Source of the DNA: Negaprion brevirostris
Taxonomy: Eukaryota
Length of the DNA: 60,046 bases
Assembly: GCA_030324005.1 (NCBI GenBank)
Contig: JARDVH010000025.1
Coordinates: 94,150,673-94,210,718, forward strand
Direction of reading: 5' to 3'
Below, piece by piece: positions 36,203 through 49,329 of this stretch. The notes under the pieces were generated by a model. The model ran no database searches, was not told the origin of the DNA, and was given only the letters and a program-made list of their open reading frames with translations. A program made the position numbers and the translations under genes. Position 1 is the stretch's first letter, and each line of letters begins with the position of its first letter.

Positions 36203-36540
36203 TAGAAATCATTGAAACTCTACAGTGCAGAAAGAGACACTTTCAGCCCAATGCGTCTGCACCAACCACAATCCCACCCAGGCCCCACTCCCTTATCCCT
36301 ATATATTTACCCACTAATCCCTTTAAACTCTGCATCTCAGGATACTAAGGGGCAATTTTAGCATGGCCAATTAACCTAACTCTTTGGATTGTGGGAGGAA
36401 ACTGGAGCACCTGGAGGAAACCCACGCAGACACAAGGAGAATGTGCAAACTCCACACAGACAATGACCCGAGCCGGGAATCGAATGCAGGTCCCTGGAGC
36501 TGTGAAGCAGCAGTGCTAACCACTGTGCTACTGTGCCATG
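36203..36540 (-). mobile_element. HE1-type V-SINE
   Basis: Full reverse-complement copy. Confidence 0.92.
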
Positions 36541-36549
36541 CTGTTCTGT

Positions 36550-36915
36550 TTGGAAAATAGAAGGCTAAGAGATTTGATAGCAGAGTTCAGAATCATGAGA
36601 ACTCTGGGCATGGTATAGATAGAGAGGAGCTATTTCTATTAGTGGAAGGGCCAAGAACCAGGGCACACTGATTTAAAGCAACTGGTGAGAAAAGACAGAT
36701 GTGATGGGGAAAATCTTTTTTACACAGCAAGTGCTTAGGGCTAAAATGCACTGACTGAGAGTGAGGTGGAAGCAGATTTAATCATGACTTTCAATTGGGA
36801 ATTGAATAATTATCTGAAGAAAAGATTTACAAGGCTACAGGGAAAAGGCAAGGGATTGGAACTAGTCAGTCATTTTCTCTGTGAGTTAGAATGGATATAA
36901 TGGGCTAAATGGGTG
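36550..36915 (+). mobile_element. CR1 LINE 3' end
   Basis: RLRDLI, RTRGH and FFTQ-like remnants. Confidence 0.7.
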
Positions 36916-37059
36916 TTATAACCAATTTATGGATTGTTTTTGCACAGTTAGCCAATGCTAATGCAGAAAATTTCCCCTCAGAGATTTAGTTACAATTTCA
37001 AAAAAATTAAACCCTTTATTATTTTCAAAATTTCTACATATAGGAAAGGACATGAACAC

Positions 37060-37184
37060 CTGCGGTCCAAGTGATACACTGGGCTCTGCACAGCTCCTTG
37101 GCTGGGTCAGCTTGGGCGTTGGTGGCCAAGTGTTGACTAAGGTATTTATGAGGAGCCAATAGAGTGGGTTTATGGATTCGAAAC
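37060..37184 (-). CDS. Candidate exon of gene B (FESINPLYWLLINTLVNTWPPTPKLTQPRSCAEPSVSLGPQ)
   Basis: GC-richer unique island in AT-rich flanks. Acceptor caatcAG, donor CAG|GTGTTC, phase 1 to 0. Confidence 0.45.
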
Positions 37185-37397
37185 CTGATTGAATTGCAAC
37201 ATTTTTTGCAACAAATTTACATGTAGAATATTTCCTACATTTCAATTTTCACCAGCTGTACCCTAGCTGAAGCTATATTGTGTCTTGGTCACACATTAAT
37301 TGCTAGAATTCTACATGCCACCAGGTCAGATCAATCTCTGGGTAAAAAGCACGGCTCATCAGTAGCTTAGTCATTATCAAAAAACATTGATCTGCTG

Positions 37398-37576
37398 TCA
37401 TAGAATCATTGTATCCCTACAGTGCTAAAAGAAGACATTTGATCCATTGAGCCTGCGCTGACAACAATCTCGCCCAGGCCCCATCCCCGTAAATCCCTGT
37501 ATTTAACCTGCTAGTCCCCCCGACACTAAGGAGCAATTTAGCACGGCCAATCAACCTAACCTGTATATCTTTGGAT
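37398..37576 (-). mobile_element. HE1-type SINE 3' half
   Basis: catagaatc..ccctacagtg tail and gacactaagg..caatttagca. Confidence 0.85.
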
Positions 37577-38290
37577 TTATTGGATTATCGGATTGTCAGA
37601 TTATCTCTTTCCCCACTACAAAAATCTTCCAACCTATTAAACAAAATCTGTTGGGCTTCAAGCTGGCTCCAAGGGTTATTGTTTAAATGTCAGCTGCATT
37701 CTTTGTTTCTTCTAAGATAAATCCCCAACTGTGCCTCAGAGGATTGGAGTGCAGTATTGGCACATACACCAAAATGCTAACGCGCCCTCCAGATAAGTTG
37801 TGTAACTGTAGTGTCAGACAAACTGGGCAAGCCAGTCTGTCAGACAGCCTCGAGAGTGATGTTCCATATGGCCAGTTTTCCAGGAAAACAGCGGGTAGGA
37901 GATATGGGATGGAATGACTCCAGCCCTGCTTCTTATGAGCAGTGGTGAAGTTCAGAAAAAGCCATTTCGGAGAACCTGCTCACAGAATTACCTTGACTAG
38001 AGGAAGGGATATGTCTGAGGCTGGGTAAGAATGGGTAAAAATCTATTTTTTACCTTCAAATGGGCAAGACGGTAAGTTTTTTTAAGAAAGGGCAATAGGT
38101 TTTTAACAGTGTCTTTATTTTAATGATTAACGACATTAATAATTGTTATAGACCAGTTTTATTTACTTTCTCTTACAATTTCAGCTGTAAGATTTTAAAT
38201 CATCATTATGTGATGGAGGTGCGATGGTAAAACTGTAAAAATACCAAAATACAACTACAAAGCTCACCTCCAGATTTAATGAGATGGTTG

Positions 38291-38612
38291 GAGCGGCATG
38301 ATGGCACAATGGTTAGCACTGCTGCCTCAAGCACCAGGGACCCAGGTTCGTTTCCAGCCTCGGGTTACTGTGTGTGGAGTTTGCACTATCTTCCCGTGTC
38401 TGCGTGAGTTTCTTCCGGGTGTTCCGGTTTCCTCCCACAGTCCAAAGATGTGCGGGTTATGTGGATTGGCTGTGGTAAATTGACGCTTAGTGTTGGGGAC
38501 TAGCAGATTAAATGCATGGGGTCATGGGGATAGGGCCTGGGTGTGATGTGGTCAGTGCAGACTTGATGGGCTGAATGGCTTCCTGCTACGCTGTAGGATT
38601 CTATGATTCTAT
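38291..38612 (+). mobile_element. HE1-type V-SINE
   Basis: Head, V-domain and gattctatgattctatg tail. Confidence 0.92.
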
Positions 38613-38835
38613 GAAATGGGCAACAAATCCACTCTTAGGAGGTGGTTCAGTCACTGACATCCATTAAGGAGGTAGCATGTCTTTATTTTAATACTTTAAA
38701 TGGACATCTGGATTCCCAATGTTCTGGAAACCTGGCAGGTAAAAGGAGATGAGAAGAAAGGCCCACCCCCCTGTCCTCACCACCCCACCCTCATGCACAT
38801 CCCCCCACCCCCCTTCCATACTATGAGAAATGCTA

Positions 38836-39137
38836 TTAAAGAATCGCTTCAGTGCAGGAGAATGCCATTCAGCCCATCCAGTCTGCGCCAACTATAATAG
38901 CACCCAGGCCCTATCCCCATAGCCCCATGTATTTACCCTGTTAGTCACCTGGACTAAGTGGCNNNNNNNNNNNNNNNNNNNNNNNNNNNNNNNNNNNNNN
39001 NNNNNNNNNNNNNNNNNNNNNNNNNNNNNNNNNNNNNNNNNNNNNNNNNNNNNNNNNNNNNNGAGGCTTTGTGGAATTGTGGTTGGTACAGACTCGGTGG
39101 GCTGAATGGTCTCCCTCTGCACTGTCGGGATTCTATG
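38836..39137. mobile_element. Two oppositely oriented HE1 SINE tails flanking a 100-N gap
   Basis: Minus-strand tail at 38836-38962 and plus-strand tail at 39063-39137. Confidence 0.75.
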
Positions 39138-39433
39138 AAAAATTTGTATGCACCTCATTTCACGTGCCTTTGCTTTACATTAACATGACTTCAGTTATAC
39201 CGGTAGAAAAAAAAGTTCATGGACAGAAACCAGTAGAATGTGGCAGCTCCGCTCATTGGTAATAGTCAACAAAATGTCCCGCAGACTCCACACAGAATCC
39301 TGATGGGGCGCATGTGGTCTCCTTGGCTGCAGGTTGCTTATCACTGATCTAAACTGTAATCTTTTGAGTCTGGACAGCGCAGATGCTTTATTCCGTTTCA
39401 CAGCTGGTGGAAGATTGAGTTTTTTATACATAC

Positions 39434-39455
39434 CATGCAGTTGGTTTTTGATTCC
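39434..39455 (-). CDS. Candidate 22-nt exon of gene B (GIKNQLH); the frame stays open to 39195 if this donor is skipped
   Basis: Acceptor tttgctctccaaaAG and donor ATG|GTATGT, phase 0 to 1. Track ORF 39195..39488 covers it. Confidence 0.5.
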
Positions 39456-41374
39456 CTTTTGGAGAGCAAAACTGTACACTATGCACAAGTATAATGCTGT
39501 GCATTAAAATATAAGATGCAATGTATTCTAGCCTGCAATTCAGAATAGGGCTTTTAGCATATTTTTCAATACAAGGTTTATACTTTTAACATGAAAACTC
39601 ATAGCAGTTACCAAGAAAAATAAATTGCCAGCAGCGGATCTCAAACAAACATAAATTAAATTAATAAAATCAGAGAATGTGTTGGGTACAATAATATTGG
39701 TTGCGGCAGCTTTGAATAAACATAGCAGTTAGGTTCTGAAGCTCTTTTGTGTTTGATTGTGGGTCATTAATGGATAATAAATGATGCTTCAGCTGCAGGA
39801 TAAAAAGCTTTGGGGATATCTTTTAACATGGCAATGTGATTTTTCTTCTGGGAGAAGGAATTAACTCTTCCAAGAAATACATGACAGAATGGAATGGTAA
39901 AAATATACTCACTCACGGGCAATTCAAATTCCATGGCAAAATCTGTTTAGATCCGTTAAATAGAAAACAAAAGTTAAATATGTCCAAAGCTTTAAATGGT
40001 TAAGTGAATTGAGATGTTTAGCTTTCAGGGGTAATTTTGTACATAGGTAGCATTAATGCAATATGGTGCCTCCTGCTTTGACAATATAGCTCAAGAATGT
40101 CTTGGAGAAAATTATTTAAATAGGGTATTTAAATTTAGGCGTTACTCAAAGGGATAATCCATTTTAAAAAAAACAGACATACAGAAGGCAATAATGATAT
40201 GGCTTATGATCTGTGCAAAGCAGCTAATTACTGTGGCTTAGGCAACCATATTTTATTTCAGCATTTCTGGAAATCCAGAGCCTCTTTTGTCTTGTACATA
40301 AGATTTCCACCTATTGCATATTCATGAAACCTCAAACTGAAGCTTACAAGACATTAAATGAGTCAATCATTCACCTGTGGGAACTAATTTAAAAGATACG
40401 AGCAATTTATTTCTTTTTCTTGACTATCTGCTGAATTTAATCGTGATGGAGTAATTTGATTGTAAAATTATTGCTTTACAAGGCTATCTTCCATCTGCAC
40501 CACCACCCCCCCCCAACCTTTTTCCACTCGCACACCACCACATCACTCTGCCTCCCACCCCAGCTCTCCACCCCCAAGCAAAGACAGAAGGTTTGTAAAG
40601 ACAAGATGATCAATTTTTTGCATGGTTCACATGGCAGTGGAGATATTAAGGTCACAATATGCTACAGAGCAACAGGATATATGGTGGCATCTGTGTATTC
40701 CAAGCTCAGCTGAGCGATTACAAGAATTAAGGATCAATGGCTATCAGTGCCTCTGCAGAGAGGGTGAAAGACACTTCACCCTGCCACAAAGTGACAAAAA
40801 GCAACCCCGTTTTTCAGGGACTGGTACAGGGACAGTTCAAATGGGAGGGGCATAGGAAGCATAAACGCAAATTATAACAATTTAAAAATGACAGTGAGAA
40901 ACATAATTCATTGAGACAGCATTTTGAAGTGTGTCTATTATTTTCTCTAAAATTATCACCTCTTTTATGGACATGTTTTTAATATGGTTGTTCTTTGTTT
41001 CCAGAATAGATCTATTAATTTTAAAGCTGCCGTGTCCAAAATTGCTAAACATTTTTTTTGATACACTAGCCCAGATTTTTTAAAAACATTGCATTCTCTT
41101 TAGTTTTTGGAAGTTGTGTTTATGAGTGGGTGATTTTATTAGCTGTGCCAAGCTTTTCTCTTTAAGGGTAGACATTTTTTTCCCCCCAAGTCCCAAACAG
41201 CAGACTGGGGAGGCGCATGCAAAATAGGACAGGGTGGGATGGGACTATTGTTTGAGTTTAGTCTTCATGGATTGATAGATGAGAGGACACAAAAAGCTAA
41301 CCTGTATTTGTGTAAGCCCCTTTCACATAGCTAAGATATCTCAAATTCCTACAAAATCAAAGTCCTTCCTAAAA

Positions 41375-41510
41375 GGATAATAGGTGTACCTGCACCGCAT
41401 AGACTGCAGCGGCTCAAGAAGGTGGCTCAACACCACATCAAAGGGCAATTACGTGGGCAATAAATATTGGCCTTGCCAGTGAGGCTAACATCCTGTGAGA
41501 GAATATAGTT
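41375..41510 (+). mobile_element. 3' end of the same CR1-class LINE family as 1090-3125
   Basis: gactgcagcggctcaagaaggtggctca..aagggcaatt..gggcaataaatattggcc. Confidence 0.75.
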
Positions 41511-41744
41511 GAAAATTACTTAATTTTTAAGTTGTTCTCATTTTTTTACATATGCAAATTAGTTGAACTTTTTTTTATCAGTGGCTTCAGATCAAAAGAT
41601 ACAGGACTATAATAAAAAACTAATTTCCATTTTATGCATCAGATTCTTTGACATCTGATTTTGATTTTCAATATCAGCAAGTACAAGAGCCTTTGACTCC
41701 AGTGTAAGTGCTAGTGTCTGCAGTCCAGAAAGCTCCATTATTAA

Positions 41745-42320
41745 TAAAAGCAAATTACTGCAGATGCTGGAATCTGAAACTAAAAGAGAAAATGCAGGAA
41801 AATCTCAGCAGGTATGGCAGCATCCGTAAGGAGAGAAAAGAGCCTTCATTTCAAGTCCAGATGACCCTTGTCAAAGCCACAAGGCATGGAAAATGGGAGA
41901 TATATATACTGTAGGGTAAGGGAATGAAAGATGAGTCATAGCCACAAAAGCAAGGGGAAAGGCTAAGACGTGTTAATGGCAGTCTATAGAGAGAATAGAA
42001 GGTGTGTATGGGCAAATGGCAGAGAGCATAAGAACATAAGAAATAGGAGCAGGAGTAGGCCATCCAGCCCTTCGAAGCTGANNNNNNNNNNGGGAAAGAT
42101 GGGTGGAAGAGAGGTAAAATTGAGAAAAAGGGGGAAAAAGGGAACAAAGGGTGAGGAAAGTTAAGAAAAGGAGTATAACAAGGAGTGAAAGAGGGTGGGA
42201 ACGGAAAAAGAGACAATGAAAAAAAAAGTAGAGAACAGTTAACAATCAATAAAATGAAAACAAAGGTGTCGAGGTGAGGTAGAGCTAATCATCTGAAGTT
42301 GTTGAATTTGATGTCGGACA
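41745..42320 (-). mobile_element. Penelope-like element 3' remnant, with a nested CR1 tail at 42025-42081
   Basis: Pseudo-LTR aaagcaaattactgcagatgctggaatctg. tctgaagttgttgaatttgatgt reads IKFNNFR on -, resembling the C-terminus of PLE ORFs. Confidence 0.7.
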
Positions 42321-42497
42321 GCCTTCCAGTCTTAACAGAACCACTTCTCTGCAATTTTCCTGAATTTCTCCCTCTCTCCCATTTCCTATTTATAGCTGCT
42401 TCTGGGATATTACTTATTTATTTATTGTATTTATCAATGGTCTCAGAAAGCAAAGCACTTATCAATTCAATTCCTACTGTAAAATAAATTTTAATAC

Positions 42498-42549
42498 CTT
42501 TCCAAAGAGGTGAACCTTGTTTGAAATAAATTGCCATCTTAGTGACTGG
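42498..42549 (-). CDS. Candidate exon of gene B (QSLRWQFISNKVHLFGK)
   Basis: Strong acceptor ttttatctttctacAG and donor AAG|GTATTA; 52 nt. Confidence 0.6.
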
Positions 42550-44490
42550 CTGTAGAAAGATAAAAGTAAAGCAATACAACATACCAACTTTAACCTGATA
42601 ATTTCATGCTTTGCTGTTGACTTCCATCTATTGTCATTACTTTCATACAGAATTTTATTCATACACTGTGCCTACTTTGTATGATTTTCTTGTCCTAACA
42701 AGAGTTTTGGTATTCTTCTCACCACGATTCTGCTGTAGCATTGGCTAAACATGACCAGTCTATTTCACAAAGATTTATTTCAAATGAATCAGGCGGGATA
42801 TTTCTGAGATAAACCAGATCTTTGTGTAATGAAACTACTGTCAGATTAGGCTAGCGCATCAAAATGAGAGAAGTAGTTATCTGCGTATATTATTCACTAA
42901 ACATTGCAGTCACAATGTATCCACTGGAAGTGAATTCTTGGGATATCTTGAAGGTGCAATAATAGAAAATGTAAATACAAGTTTATTCAATCACTTTTGA
43001 AAATCAATACTTAACTGCTTTTGTTAAGCATATCTTCAATCTCTCTCTTCTGGAGGAAACTTTTTTTTAGTCTATAGCCTTGCCTGTCACATTTGGTATC
43101 CAACTTCTCGGTTCTATCACCACTGTTTAGCATGTTTACAATTAAGCTAGATCTTGTTGGGTGACTCTTCCACCACCTACCTGCCCACCCTGAGCTAATC
43201 CCCGTAATATGCTGGATGGGCGGACACCAAAGTCAACAGCCTATCCCTCATATATAAATAAATAATTGAAGGTCTATTACACTTATTAGNNNNNNNNNNN
43301 NNNNNNNNNNNNNNNNNNNNNNNAATACAGTTAGCATGGGCAGGCAGGTAGGAGTGGACAGGACATTTTTTATGGCGTACGTGGAAAAAGGCTGGGAAGG
43401 GGTGGGGGCACCTCATTTGGGGGTGTTCCCTGTGTACCAGCGGTACCCCACCCAAGGTAGCACCATTCCCTTCACTTGCCTATCTTCCAAAGCCCAGCCC
43501 ATCTGCTCCATCCCTGGCCTTCCTGAGCTCCAGGATTCCGTTCCATCTTAAAACCCTGGGAATTGCCTTTCAAAGGTTGTCTTTCATCTTCTCCCAGCTC
43601 CTTACTTTAGTCGCAGCAGCACCCATCATTGAGCTCTGATGTCATGGCAGCTCCTAAAAGTGAGCCTTCCTCCCACTGAGAGGCAAAAGCCTCACTCTAA
43701 ACAACTTCAGCCCACCCACTGCACTGTGACTGTGAGGTGAATTTCTCTCTGCTTTTAATTGACTACATCTCCCCACACCTAATGAGCCTTGACCCTGAAC
43801 TCTCTTCAATTTGGCAGTGNNNNNNNNNNGAGGCGGCGGTGGGGTGGGGGGTCCAATTTTAGTCCACATACAAGTGGAATTTCCTTTCCATTAACTTCAA
43901 TTGCAGCAAAAATGTGACACTGAGTATAACAGAGAGTTGATCTGATACTGGCAGTTTTGTAATATTGCTGAAGTTGGATTTTACTGCGGCAGAAATAAGA
44001 GACATTTCACTGTTCGTCTAAATTTGTGAAAGGGTTATTTTGTATACACATGCAGAGGCACCCATAAATATAATAAAACCACAACTTTATCACTGGCTCT
44101 TTTCAAAATAGCTCAAAACACAAACAGGTTTCTATTATGACAATTTGAAAGAGGAATTATTTTAATCATTTCATTCAAAACTAATACATTTTAGACAAGG
44201 TATTGAACAAAATATGCTGTATTGCAATGATCCTACAACACCATGGGCGGGTATCTCCGATCTCGTACATTGCTGCCCCGCTGTCAGCGAGAAGAGAGAA
44301 TTTAGCGCTCAGCCAAAATGCCATGCACNNNNNNNNNNTGCTGCAGCATCAGAGAATCCCAACCGGTGACCAAGTAGGAGGTCTCCAGTGCACATCATAT
44401 GCACCCAATCCATTAATTTGTTCATTCCATTAAACCCATGACATCAGCAGTGTTAATAAACTGACCTAACTCAAACAATCTTCTGTTAAA

Positions 44491-44790
44491 ACAGTGGTTA
44501 GCACTGCTGCCTCACAGTGCCAGAGATGCGGGTTCAATTCTGGCCTCGAGTCACTGCATGGAGTCTGCACATTCTCCCTGTGTCTGCGTGGATTTCCTCC
44601 GAGTACTCTGATCTCCTTCCACAGTCTAAAGATGTGCAGGTTAGGTAAATTAGCCGCGCTAAATTGCCCCTTAGTGTCTTGAGGATTAGCAAGGCAAACA
44701 CGTGGGGTTACGGGGATGGGGCTTGGGTGGGATTGTTATCAGTGCAGATTCAATGGGCTGAATCATTCTACTGCACTGAAGGGATTCTAG
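44491..44790 (+). mobile_element. HE1-type V-SINE
   Basis: Head, V-domain and tail. Confidence 0.9.
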
Positions 44791-45837
44791 TTTCTTCTAA
44801 TTCTAGGTCTGGTTTATTTTAATCAAAAAACTGAATATTTACACATTCTGGAAAGGGCAACTTTTCATCATTAGAATTTTGACACAGTGTGTAATAAAGT
44901 CAAATTCAACATCTAATTTGCTGTACAACTATGATCTAGTATTGAAAGAAGAATTAAAAGGTGTGTAAAGGAATGTCTGCATGATACAAGCTTTGTTCAA
45001 AGTTAATTGATGTTGGCACCCTCTGGTGGACTGGAAAATGAACTATTGTATTTGATAATGTGGAATAAACTATGTGCTGGATTATTATAGAGACAGGGAG
45101 ACTCTATGGAGGTATAAAAACACAATCTGATTCCAAGATTCCTGGCCTTATTATCTATGTCCACAGGTTTCACCAGTGTACATTAAAGATGCTGGCTGGT
45201 GCAGGTCGCAAGCCCACACCCTGTCCCCCCAATCTGCTTGACTCCATTTCCAGGATAGACATGTCTTAGTTCTGTACAATTTCTGTGGAGTCAGGCCAGC
45301 TTTTAAAGGAGTCATGGTTCACAGCAACTTGGAGGTGTCCTGAACTATAGTGTGGATGAGAGAACCTTTTGAAAGGCAAGTTTAAAAATCACGTCCCCAT
45401 TCCAAGATATGTCTCTATACCCAGCACCCCCACCCGTTATTCCATCCATGTTAAGAAATAGCACTTGCATGTCCATTGACCGACGAGACACTCTGTGCAA
45501 ATTCAATGAACCCTGCTGTAACAATAGGATGTGTAAAATAAGCTTTTAAAAAGCAATTCATTCAAAACTTTCCATTTTAATACTTTGTTAAGTAGAGCCC
45601 TATGAAAGTGTCAATCATCCAGACTCTTTAAAGTATCAGTAGCTGAAACTGCAAGGCTGAAACTTCTTTATCTGTAAAGAAACACTATTTGCAATTGACA
45701 AAATAGAGCACAGAGCAAGCACTGTCAATCACGCAAAACTTTCCCTGGGGCAGAGCCACATGTTGGCTGAAAGTGGAGACACACAATAGGCAATTGTGTA
45801 CACATAAAAAGGACAGAAACAAAGCTAGTCTTCTTAC

Positions 45838-45867
45838 CTGTGAAAAAATATATTCATTTCAGAGGTA
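45838..45867 (-). CDS. Candidate 30-nt symmetric exon of gene B (TSEMNIFFH), or a recursive splice site
   Basis: Acceptor ttgttgtAG and consensus donor CAG|GTAAGA, phase 2-2. Confidence 0.4.
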
Positions 45868-45889
45868 CTACAACAAATGTTCAATCAAT

Positions 45890-46345
45890 TAGTTGTTAGG
45901 ATGAGAGACTTGTCCAATGAGGTGAGGTTGAGTAGCATGAGGCTACATCCCTGGAGTTTAGAAGGATGAGAAGGGACCTAACTGAAACATTCAAGGCTCT
46001 GAAGGAGCTTGACAGAGCAAACATTGAGAGGTTATTTCCGCTGGCTAGGAAATCTAGGGGCACAGTCCATGGATAAAGGGCCAATCATTTAGAACTGAGA
46101 GGTGGAGAAATGTCTTCACTCAAATCTTTGGAATCTCTATCATAGAAGGGTGAGGCTGTTCCATCATTGTTTATTTTTAAGGCTAAGGTAGATAGATTTT
46201 TGATCTCTCAGGGAAGCAAGGAATGTAGGAAGCAGGCAGGAAAATGGAGCTGAAGCCAAAGGTCAACCATGATGATGCTGAATGACAGAGCAGGCTCCGT
46301 GGGCCACATAGTTTACTGCTGCTGCTACTTCTCATGTTATGTTCA
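45890..46345 (+). mobile_element. CR1 LINE 3' end
   Basis: SLEFRRMRRDLTETFK..LFP..SRG motifs and CR1 tail. Confidence 0.8.
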
Positions 46346-47299
46346 TTCCTATCTCAACCCATCTACTACACAAACCCTCATCCTTGCCTTTGCTAATTTT
46401 AAAGTTGACTACTCAAATACACTCCGCGCTGTTAATTGTATCAATTACATACAAGTGTCTACAGGTGAGGGCCTCTCATTGGATAATTGCCTGTGCATAT
46501 AAAGTATCGCTTTCCCAAAGTGTTACTTTAATTTGAAACTTGAGAAGGTTTATTTCAAGCTTGATTTGTGTTAGTGTCTCTTTAAGGGATTGTTAATTAA
46601 CTAGTGAACTGATTAGTTTAATTGTTTCACTGTTGTACTCAAAAGAATATAAAGAAACACTCTGCCTTGGTAGTCTACTCTTGGGTCAGATGGCCACTCT
46701 TACATTCAGGCAGCAGCTTGTTCCACCTGACTCTCCTTTGTGATTATGTTCGCACCCTGGCATTCAAGGAGAAGTTGCAGGGGGTGTCCACTAGCTGGAG
46801 GCCTTCTGTAATGGTGGGTTCTACAGGAGCTGGAGTGCATCATCTCTCCTCAAGACAATGGGTGAGGTTCCTGAGCCTCCCTGTGGCATGATTTTTGGTG
46901 GAGGGAGGCAGCGTGCTGATGGTTGGCAGTGGGATCTACCAGTCCCACTGCTACAAATGGGATTTTCTTTTGATTCCAAACCATGTCACCAGGAAGTCTA
47001 TGGTGAGGGTGCACCATCAGTGGGACAAGACAATCCTGCTAGTTTGAAGAGATAGAAGATTTTGCCCGTTGTTTTAATTTGCTAAGTTTCGGTTGAAGTC
47101 ATTTTTTTGTTTTTAATTACAGTGTCATTTAAGGACCCATTGACTTGTTAATGTATTAGCTCATTTGTTTAATTGTTACAATCCAAAGAATGTAAAATGG
47201 ATTGAAACGGATGGTCATTTGTTGCAGAGTTAGATGCTGCACAGTTGCAATGTCTCACCTAGTAAATGAATCCAAAACTGAATAAAGATTAGCTTCTGT

Positions 47300-47863
47300 T
47301 CTCTTCCTTTGTCAACTAGCTCTAGAGTTAACACTGGCCAGCCTCCCATCCTCCACCTTTATATAAATTTGTGTTCATCCAAAATTCTGCTGGCCATAGC
47401 TCAACGTTCACCAAATTATGTTCACCCATTAACCCTACTGAATTACACTGGCTCTGAGTTTCACAAAACCTCAACTCTAAAAGTCTCATGGCTTCCTTCC
47501 TGGCTCCACCCATCCCTATCTTTCCAATCTTCTCCAGTCTTTTGCGATGCCTGCACTCTTCTAGTTCTGGCATGTTGCTCATCCTCAACGTTAATTTCTG
47601 CACGTTTAGCACCGTGGCTCTAAGCTCAAGTTTCTCTCCCTAAACCTCTACTACCTTTCTATCCCTCCCTCCTCCATTAAAATGTTTCTTAAAATAAGCT
47701 TTTGGTCATCTACCTTGATATCCCCTTTTCTGGATTGTGCTGATTTATTTTTGTTGCTAATCCTAGATGGACCGTGTGGCCTCCTTCTGCACTGGAGGGA
47801 TTCTGTGAAGAGCCGTTGAGTGTTTTGCTCACTGCTATATTAATGCAAGTTATTGTTGTTGTT
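47300..47863 (+). mobile_element. L2 LINE 3' end
   Basis: atccaaaattctgctg, gaattacactggct (LHWL) and the tail gctatattaatgcaagttattgttgttgtt. Confidence 0.75.
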
Positions 47864-48055
47864 AAAACACTAATACATTTTGTTTGAGTCCATGTAAAAT
47901 TATTGGTTTGGATTTTGAAGTTATAACAACAGTGCATTCACAATCATTAAAACTGTTGAGACAGTCATAAACAGTTAAATGAGGAATCCAGAAGCTGATG
48001 TCAGTGATTTGCTGCCACTCCAGAATGTCCTGTTGAATTTGTTGCACTTGAAAAC

Positions 48056-48120
48056 CTTTTGGAATCACTTGATTTGATGTACGCTTCCATTTTTATGTCA
48101 TTGATCTCATTGTAAAAGCC
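48056..48120 (-). CDS. Candidate exon of gene B (GFYNEINDIKMEAYIKSSDSK)
   Basis: Acceptor tctcttttgcaAG and weak donor AAG|GTTTTC, phase 0 to 2. Lies within track ORF 48001..48240. Confidence 0.5.
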
Positions 48121-49329
48121 CTTGCAAAAGAGACACCTTATTGAATGAGTTTTCAAGTCAGTACATACTAAGTTACAACATACTAAGTCACAACATATTA
48201 AGTCACACCTACTGCTGACCAGCCTCTCCAATCCTGACAATTAACTTTCTACTTGTGGAAATCAAATTTTTCCATTCTCAAAATGTTCATATGTTTTTAC
48301 CATACTATTTTATTTTCAAGTCTGTTTATGATCTTTCAAATTCTGCCTGAATTCCTTGTGGGTATGTCATGATCTTTCTTTTGCCCTCTGTAAAATGATT
48401 AACAAGCATGGACAATGAATTCTTCTTCTTTTCTGGTTTGCCATCTGTGAGAGTTCTTCAGTGTGATTGGCTGCTTAATCTGTTTGATAGTATTACTGTT
48501 ACAAAGCAGAAGATACACTTTAAATTGGCACCAGGATCAAAACATCAAGAAATATGAAAAGCCTGCCAGAGTTGCTAAATCTTTGTGGCCAGCGTTCTTT
48601 AAGAATAACAGTAAGTGACATTTGGGCCATAAGATGATGTCTGTGTTTTTAGCATCACTGTGAGACATACTTTTTTTTCACTAACATCTGGATTCCAGCA
48701 TCTGTTGATGCCATTTTTGAATCTGATGGAACAGGCTTAAGAGACTCATCATGTACCTTTATTCCGATGAATTTTAAGTAAGATATGCCAACATGCAACT
48801 ATGGTTGAATCAGTTTCCTTTTAATCACATATTACCCCAATGCTCAGAAGACCACAGAAGAATTATGGGTGAAACCCATGTCTTATTCCTATCAACAATT
48901 AAACAATGATTATCCCATTAAGATCTTCAGTGATATCACTTTTAAATTTAAGCTGAATGAGTCGAGTTCAGTGGTTAAACAGTGAATGTTCCTGCATTAT
49001 CAGACTGAGAACTCAGAGTTCCAAAATATGAGGAAAGCAATGTGAAATGTCTAATTTTCCATCTCTGCTGCAAATTATTAGAAGTGCTGAAAAATAATTG
49101 CTGAAAATATACAAATGTTATGCCAAAATGCATAAATATTAGGTAACCCCTCTACCATTATTGATCCAAGATAGGGAAAAAAAATAGGCTATATTAACCA
49201 GGAGTGTGATCTTCAAACATTGTTAGTATTAAACAGTACAGGAAACTGAATTTCTTAACCACAGCTAATAAACCCATCCTCCTGTGTTATGTATGCAAAG
49301 GCTGATATACTGATTTAAATGCATATTTA

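Noticed and set aside
48163-48208. 15-bp unit x3 (catactaagtcacaa) producing a Cys-rich ORF start CDLICCDLVCCNLVC
   Set aside because: A simple minisatellite upstream of the acceptor; the Cys pattern is a repeat artefact.
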